A DNA stretch of 64,000 nucleotides from Coniocarpon cinnabarinum (lineage: Eukaryota). The stretch's first letter is position 1. Every line of letters starts with the position of its first letter. Positions 59,356 through 64,000 of this stretch are shown piece after piece. The stretch lies in contig JAVECO010000031.1 of NCBI GenBank assembly GCA_051942205.1, positions 1-64,000 of the forward strand. Reading direction: 5' to 3'. Position numbers and translations under genes: made by a program. The notes under the pieces were generated by a model. It had not been told where the DNA came from, searched no databases, and saw only the letters and a list, made by a program, of their open reading frames with translations.

Positions 59356-62300
59356 ATGTCCAGAAATCCTTCCAGCGATCCCCAGGTACCATCCGCATCT
59401 TCCCATCGCCTCTCATCTGCTGCTTCTCCCTCTGTCCCCAGCCGCAAAAGCTCTTCAGCTGTTCCTACCACCTCAAGCGCCTCGCCGCCTCGCACTCACA
59501 TCTCCCCTCCTGCACCTTCATCCGTACCATTGCAGAACTATCGTAGTGAGTTAGTGCGAAGATTTTCAAGAGATAAGAATACATCACACAAGCCTCTCAC
59601 TTCTGCTTCCACTAGCCCACCCGAATACGCTGTTACAGAGGAGGAATACACTGTTGCAAGGAAGAGAAGCACGCGACCGTCTCACACTGATTCTATCAGG
59701 AGGGCATCCTACACTGCGGCCATCTTCCGTCAGCTGGAGGAAGAGGGCATGTCCAACCCCACCGGAGGCCAGCAATGGAGCCCAGGTGTAGGACAAGGTA
59801 AGCTTACGGCCACCCATTTGAAAACAAAAGGGCTCGACAACACGACACATGATGGACGATCCATACTGACCTCCAAAACTGCCAGATGCCGTCACTGGTA
59901 CCACTGCCGCGAATGTCTCCACTGGACACAACCACGGGCCGGGGTCTGCACAGGCACACAATGTGGCTATCGCAGGAAATGATGCCTCACAGCCATACAC
60001 TAAAAGCTCATCTGCTGCAACGTCTCGCAGACCGTCTCGAAGCAGGATGGCAGGCAATCGAATCATCAACGGCCGTCGTCAATCTAATGATAGTCCTGGG
60101 GAAGGGTCACTTCACCAAGGGTCGGAGAATGGCAGAGCAACCGAGGATAACAGGCCTCAGCTTGGTACCCTCGGAGTCTGTGCTTTAGACTCCAAAGCCC
60201 GCAGCAAGCCGTCCCGGAACATCTTGAACAGAATCAATGCGCACAATGAGTTTGAGGTCGTCATATTTGGCGACAAGGTCATCCTTGACGAGGAGCCCAA
60301 AGACTGGCCAGTGTGTGATTATCTCATTGCATTCTTCTCGGATGGCTTTCCTTTGCATAAAGCTATTGAGTATGCAAAACTTCGTAAACCTTTCAGCGTC
60401 AACGATCTTTCCATGCAAATGGTCCTATGGGATCGCCGTTTGTGTCTTTACATCCTTGATAGATTCGAGGTTGCAACACCGCCACGTCTCGAGGTTACGC
60501 GAGACGGCGGCCCGCGTGTGAGCTCTGTAGAGATGGCTCGTCACATTTATGATCGAACCGGGCTTCGTCTTCCTGGTCCTTCGGATGGGACGGGTGGTGG
60601 CGCTGCTTCTTGCGGAGTGGTGAAAATGCTTGACAATGATACCCTATACGTTGATGGCAAAACGATCAAAAAACCGTTTGTTGAGAAACCTGTTAGTGGG
60701 GAAGATCACAACATCAGAATATACTACTCTTCTGACGTGGGTGGCGGTGGGCGACGCCTTTTTCGCAAGATCAACAATAAAAGCTCCGATGCAGACAATA
60801 CGTTGAGTGTCCCTCGCAGTATTACTGAACCTGATAGTAGCTACATCTACGAGAGCTTCTTGAGCACCTCTAACCATGAGGATGTCAAAGCCTACACGGT
60901 GGGTTCTGGATTCTGCCATGCGGAAACGCGCAAGTCGCCAGTTGTGGACGGCATCGTCAAACGCAATGCTCATGGCAAGGAAATGCGATACGTCACCAGT
61001 CTTACGCGTAAAGAGGCCGTGATGGCTTCCAGAATCTCAGAAGCTTTTGGTCAGAGGATCTGCGGCTTCGACTTGCTGCGAGTTGGTCATGAAAGCTTTG
61101 TGATCGATGTCAATGGGTGGAGTTTTGTCAAAGACAACAACGAGTATTATGACCGATGTGCGCGGATTCTGAAAGATCTCTTCACTGAGGAGAAGCAACG
61201 AAGAGATGGCAGGCGAAATACCATTGAGAGTGAACCTGGCTCAAGTTCTGGATCACCGAATGGGCATCAGCCTTCTTCGACACACTTTCAGCGCATGAAG
61301 TCTATTTTGAAATCGCCGAGTATGGGTCGGTCACATCGAGGCCATGGGCGCACACATCGCAATAGCACACATGCATCTCCCGAAGGTGCCCCACGAAGAG
61401 CGCCATCTATTTCGACAGGTCCTTCGCAAGAACGCGCAGATGGACGTGCGATACTACCAGGCTCAGCACTCGAGCCTGACACAATGATGATGCCTCCGCC
61501 GGCCGTGAATGGCAAATCAAAGTCTGTGGCTGACACTCATGACGGGTCGAACGAAACAGAAGTCGTCCCTCCACCAGCACCCAAGTCGCAATGGAAATTG
61601 AAAGGCATGGTCGCAGTGATTCGACACGCAGATCGTACGCCAAAGCAGAAGCTGAAGTTCACCTTTCACACTCAGCCATTTGTCGATCTTCTGAAAGGGC
61701 ATAAGGAGGAAGTGTTACTGGCTGGTGAGCCTGCTCTGGAAAACGTGATGTGCGCTGTGCGGATTGCTCTGAGGGAAGGTGAGGAAGACGAGGAGAAGTT
61801 GAGACTGCTACTGAATACATTGTTAAAGAAGGCGGGTCTACAGGGCACCAAAGTGCAGATCAAGCCAATGTTCAGGAAAAGTCAAGATAAGGGAAAGAAG
61901 GTGCAAAAGGATTCCAAACAAGCCACAAAGCCTAACCAAGCAGATTCGCATGCAGCAGAACGACCCATCAGCCATGCTGGAGACCTGAAGAATGCTGAAT
62001 TGTCTAATCATGTTCGCAGGCAGGGATCTGTCTCGGGCATTACCATGTCGCGGGAGGCTGCTGCGGAAGATAACCTCGATTTCGAAAAACTCCAGCTTAT
62101 TCTCAAATGGGGCGGTGAACCTACACATTCAGCACGATACCAGTCTCAGGAGCTCGGCGAGAACATGCGGAACGATCTGCTGCTTATGAATCGGAACTGC
62201 ATCGACGACTTGGCTGTTTACAGTAGCTCGGAACGTCGTTCAACAACGAGTGCGCAAATGTGGACGGCTTCGTTCCTCAACAAGAATGAGGTTCCAACGG

Positions 62301-63970
62301 ACTACATCCAAATTCGAAAAGACATCTTGGACGATTCTAATGCTGCCAAGGACGAAACAGACAAGGTCAAGAAGAAGCTTAAGACTCTTCTTCGTAAAGG
62401 TCATCAAGCTCCTCCCCAGTTCGCATGGCCCGAGAATATGCCTGAGCCTTACATTGTAGCTCACAATGTGGTAGAGCTCATGAAATTTCACCGCGTCGTG
62501 CTACGCGACAACTTCAAGATCTTGAATAACAGTACTGCTTCTGCGTCTCTGACTGCTGCTGCTAAGGCTAATTCAGGCTCCAAGTCACCCCGGCTTGGCG
62601 TTTTCCAAGATCAAGGCCGGGCAATGACAAAAACACAAGCCGTGGGCAACATTCAGAACCGGTGGTGCTCAGGAGAAGATGCGGACCTATTCAAAGAGAG
62701 ATGGGAAAAGCTCTTTGATGAATTCTGTGATCCTGACAAGGTAGATCCCAGCAAAATCTCAGAGCTGCATGATACCATGAAATATGACGCCCTTCACAAT
62801 CGTCAATTCCTGGAATGGATCTTTGCGCCATCGCCGGAGCTGCTACAATCGTATTTTGGTCCCGGTGTCAAGACCCCTGACGATGAGATTCCGCCAGAAA
62901 GCAAAGAGACTCATGTTCGTTCCGATACCATGAAGAGCCAACATCACCAAGCAGACAAACCAGCTGCGAAGGAAGCCCACGAGCGCACAGGCACATTTCC
63001 GCACTTCTTCCGCAAACGAGCATTCATCGACCCAAACACTGTCTCCAAGAGCATATCTGAAGCAGCTGCAGAATCCTACTTCAATCTATTCAAAGGAGTT
63101 CCACGTCCGAACGCAAAGACCGATCAGCGTCTCGAGAAGCTCCGCGAGCTCTTCCTATACACCAAAGTTCTCTTCGATTACGTCGGTCCGCAAGAATACG
63201 GTATCCTCGACAGCGAAAAGCTCGAGATCGGACTCCTCACATCGCTACCCCTCCTCCGCGCCATCGTCAACGACCTCGAAGACATGCAAGCCAGCGAGGG
63301 CGCCAAAACATCCGCCTACTTCACCAAAGAAAGTCACATCTACACCCTCCTCAACTGCATCATTGAAGGGGGCGTCAATACGAAAATCGAACGCAACAAG
63401 ATTCCTGAGCTCGATTACCTCAGCACTATCTCCTTTGAGCTTTACGAATCCGCGAATATGCCCCACCCGCCTGCGTCGGCGTCTTCGATTCGTACATCGG
63501 CTTCGGATACGAATGCGACGCAGTTTGATTCGCAACAGACTGCGGCAATGGCTTCGAGTGATAAGCTCAAGTCGCCTTCGCTTGGCACAACCGACGATGC
63601 TTTTAACTACTCTATTCGCATCACGATCTCGCCAGGCTGTCACACTTTCGAGCCTCTTGACGTTCAGCTTGATAGTCGACACACCATTGGTTTCGCGCAG
63701 CGGAGAAGTCTAACGGCGCATAACGACTATCGCTCTGTCATTGAAACTTTGAGAGATAAGTTCCACACGGTCAAGTTGCCGAAGAGTTTCGTGGCAGTGA
63801 ATCTGAGCGAGAAGGTCCCGCAGGCTTTCATCGGGCCGAAAGAAGAGGATGCAGCCAATCAGTCGGACGGGGATGAAATGGAGAACGGAGAGGAGAAGGT
63901 GGATGCGGATAAAGCTTTGGGTATCAGTCTGGCCGATGAGAAGATGAAGGAGGCGATGACCGAGAGCTAG
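59356..63970 (+). CDS. VIP1: Inositol hexakisphosphate/PP-IP5 kinase-phosphatase Vip1/Asp1 (intron 59798-59885, possible intron 59546-59638)
   Basis: ATP-grasp kinase motifs GVCALDSKARSKP, KPFVEKPVSGEDHN, HAETRKSP and IDVNGWSFVK. Acid-phosphatase-like motifs RHADRTPKQK and KWGGE. Confidence 0.97.
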
Positions 63971-64000
63971 GATGGTGTTCAGTGAGTGAGAGCCGATGTA

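Noticed and set aside
1..64000. Antisense and alternate-frame ORFs inside the large genes, and any tRNA, CRISPR or transposase
   Set aside because: Shadow ORFs are explained by the codon structure of the real genes. I saw no tRNA cloverleaf, spacer-repeat array, or RT/integrase/DDE/tyrosine-recombinase motifs.

Overview
This is gene-dense ascomycete (Pezizomycotina-type) nuclear DNA with short GT-AG spliceosomal introns. The conserved backbone genes are a metallophosphoesterase, an E2 ubiquitin-conjugating enzyme, a Rab-GAP (TBC), a CAP59/GT69 mannosyltransferase, glucosidase II beta, a fungal TACC protein, a BTB-like protein, HIS7, NIC96, NSE1, an anoctamin/IST2, a small CHZ-motif protein missed by the ORF track, UTP21 and VIP1. 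Three accessory or decaying patches lie between them. (i) At 2.9-7 kb are a tabtoxin-resistance (Ttr)-like GNAT, a dead DAL5-type permease and an ochratoxinase-like amidohydrolase. (ii) At 13-18.8 kb are an orphan gene and a pseudogenised secreted protein. (iii) At 34.4-40.2 kb are a poly-T tract, a ~65-nt hairpin and a NACHT NLR-like gene with an in-frame stop just before an ankyrin-like segment. I saw no tRNA, rRNA, CRISPR array or intact transposon. All exon models were read by eye, and family assignments come from recalled motifs, not database searches. I cannot demonstrate a wholly new system. The best candidates are the GNAT/permease/amidohydrolase trio and the decay pattern in the accessory genes.
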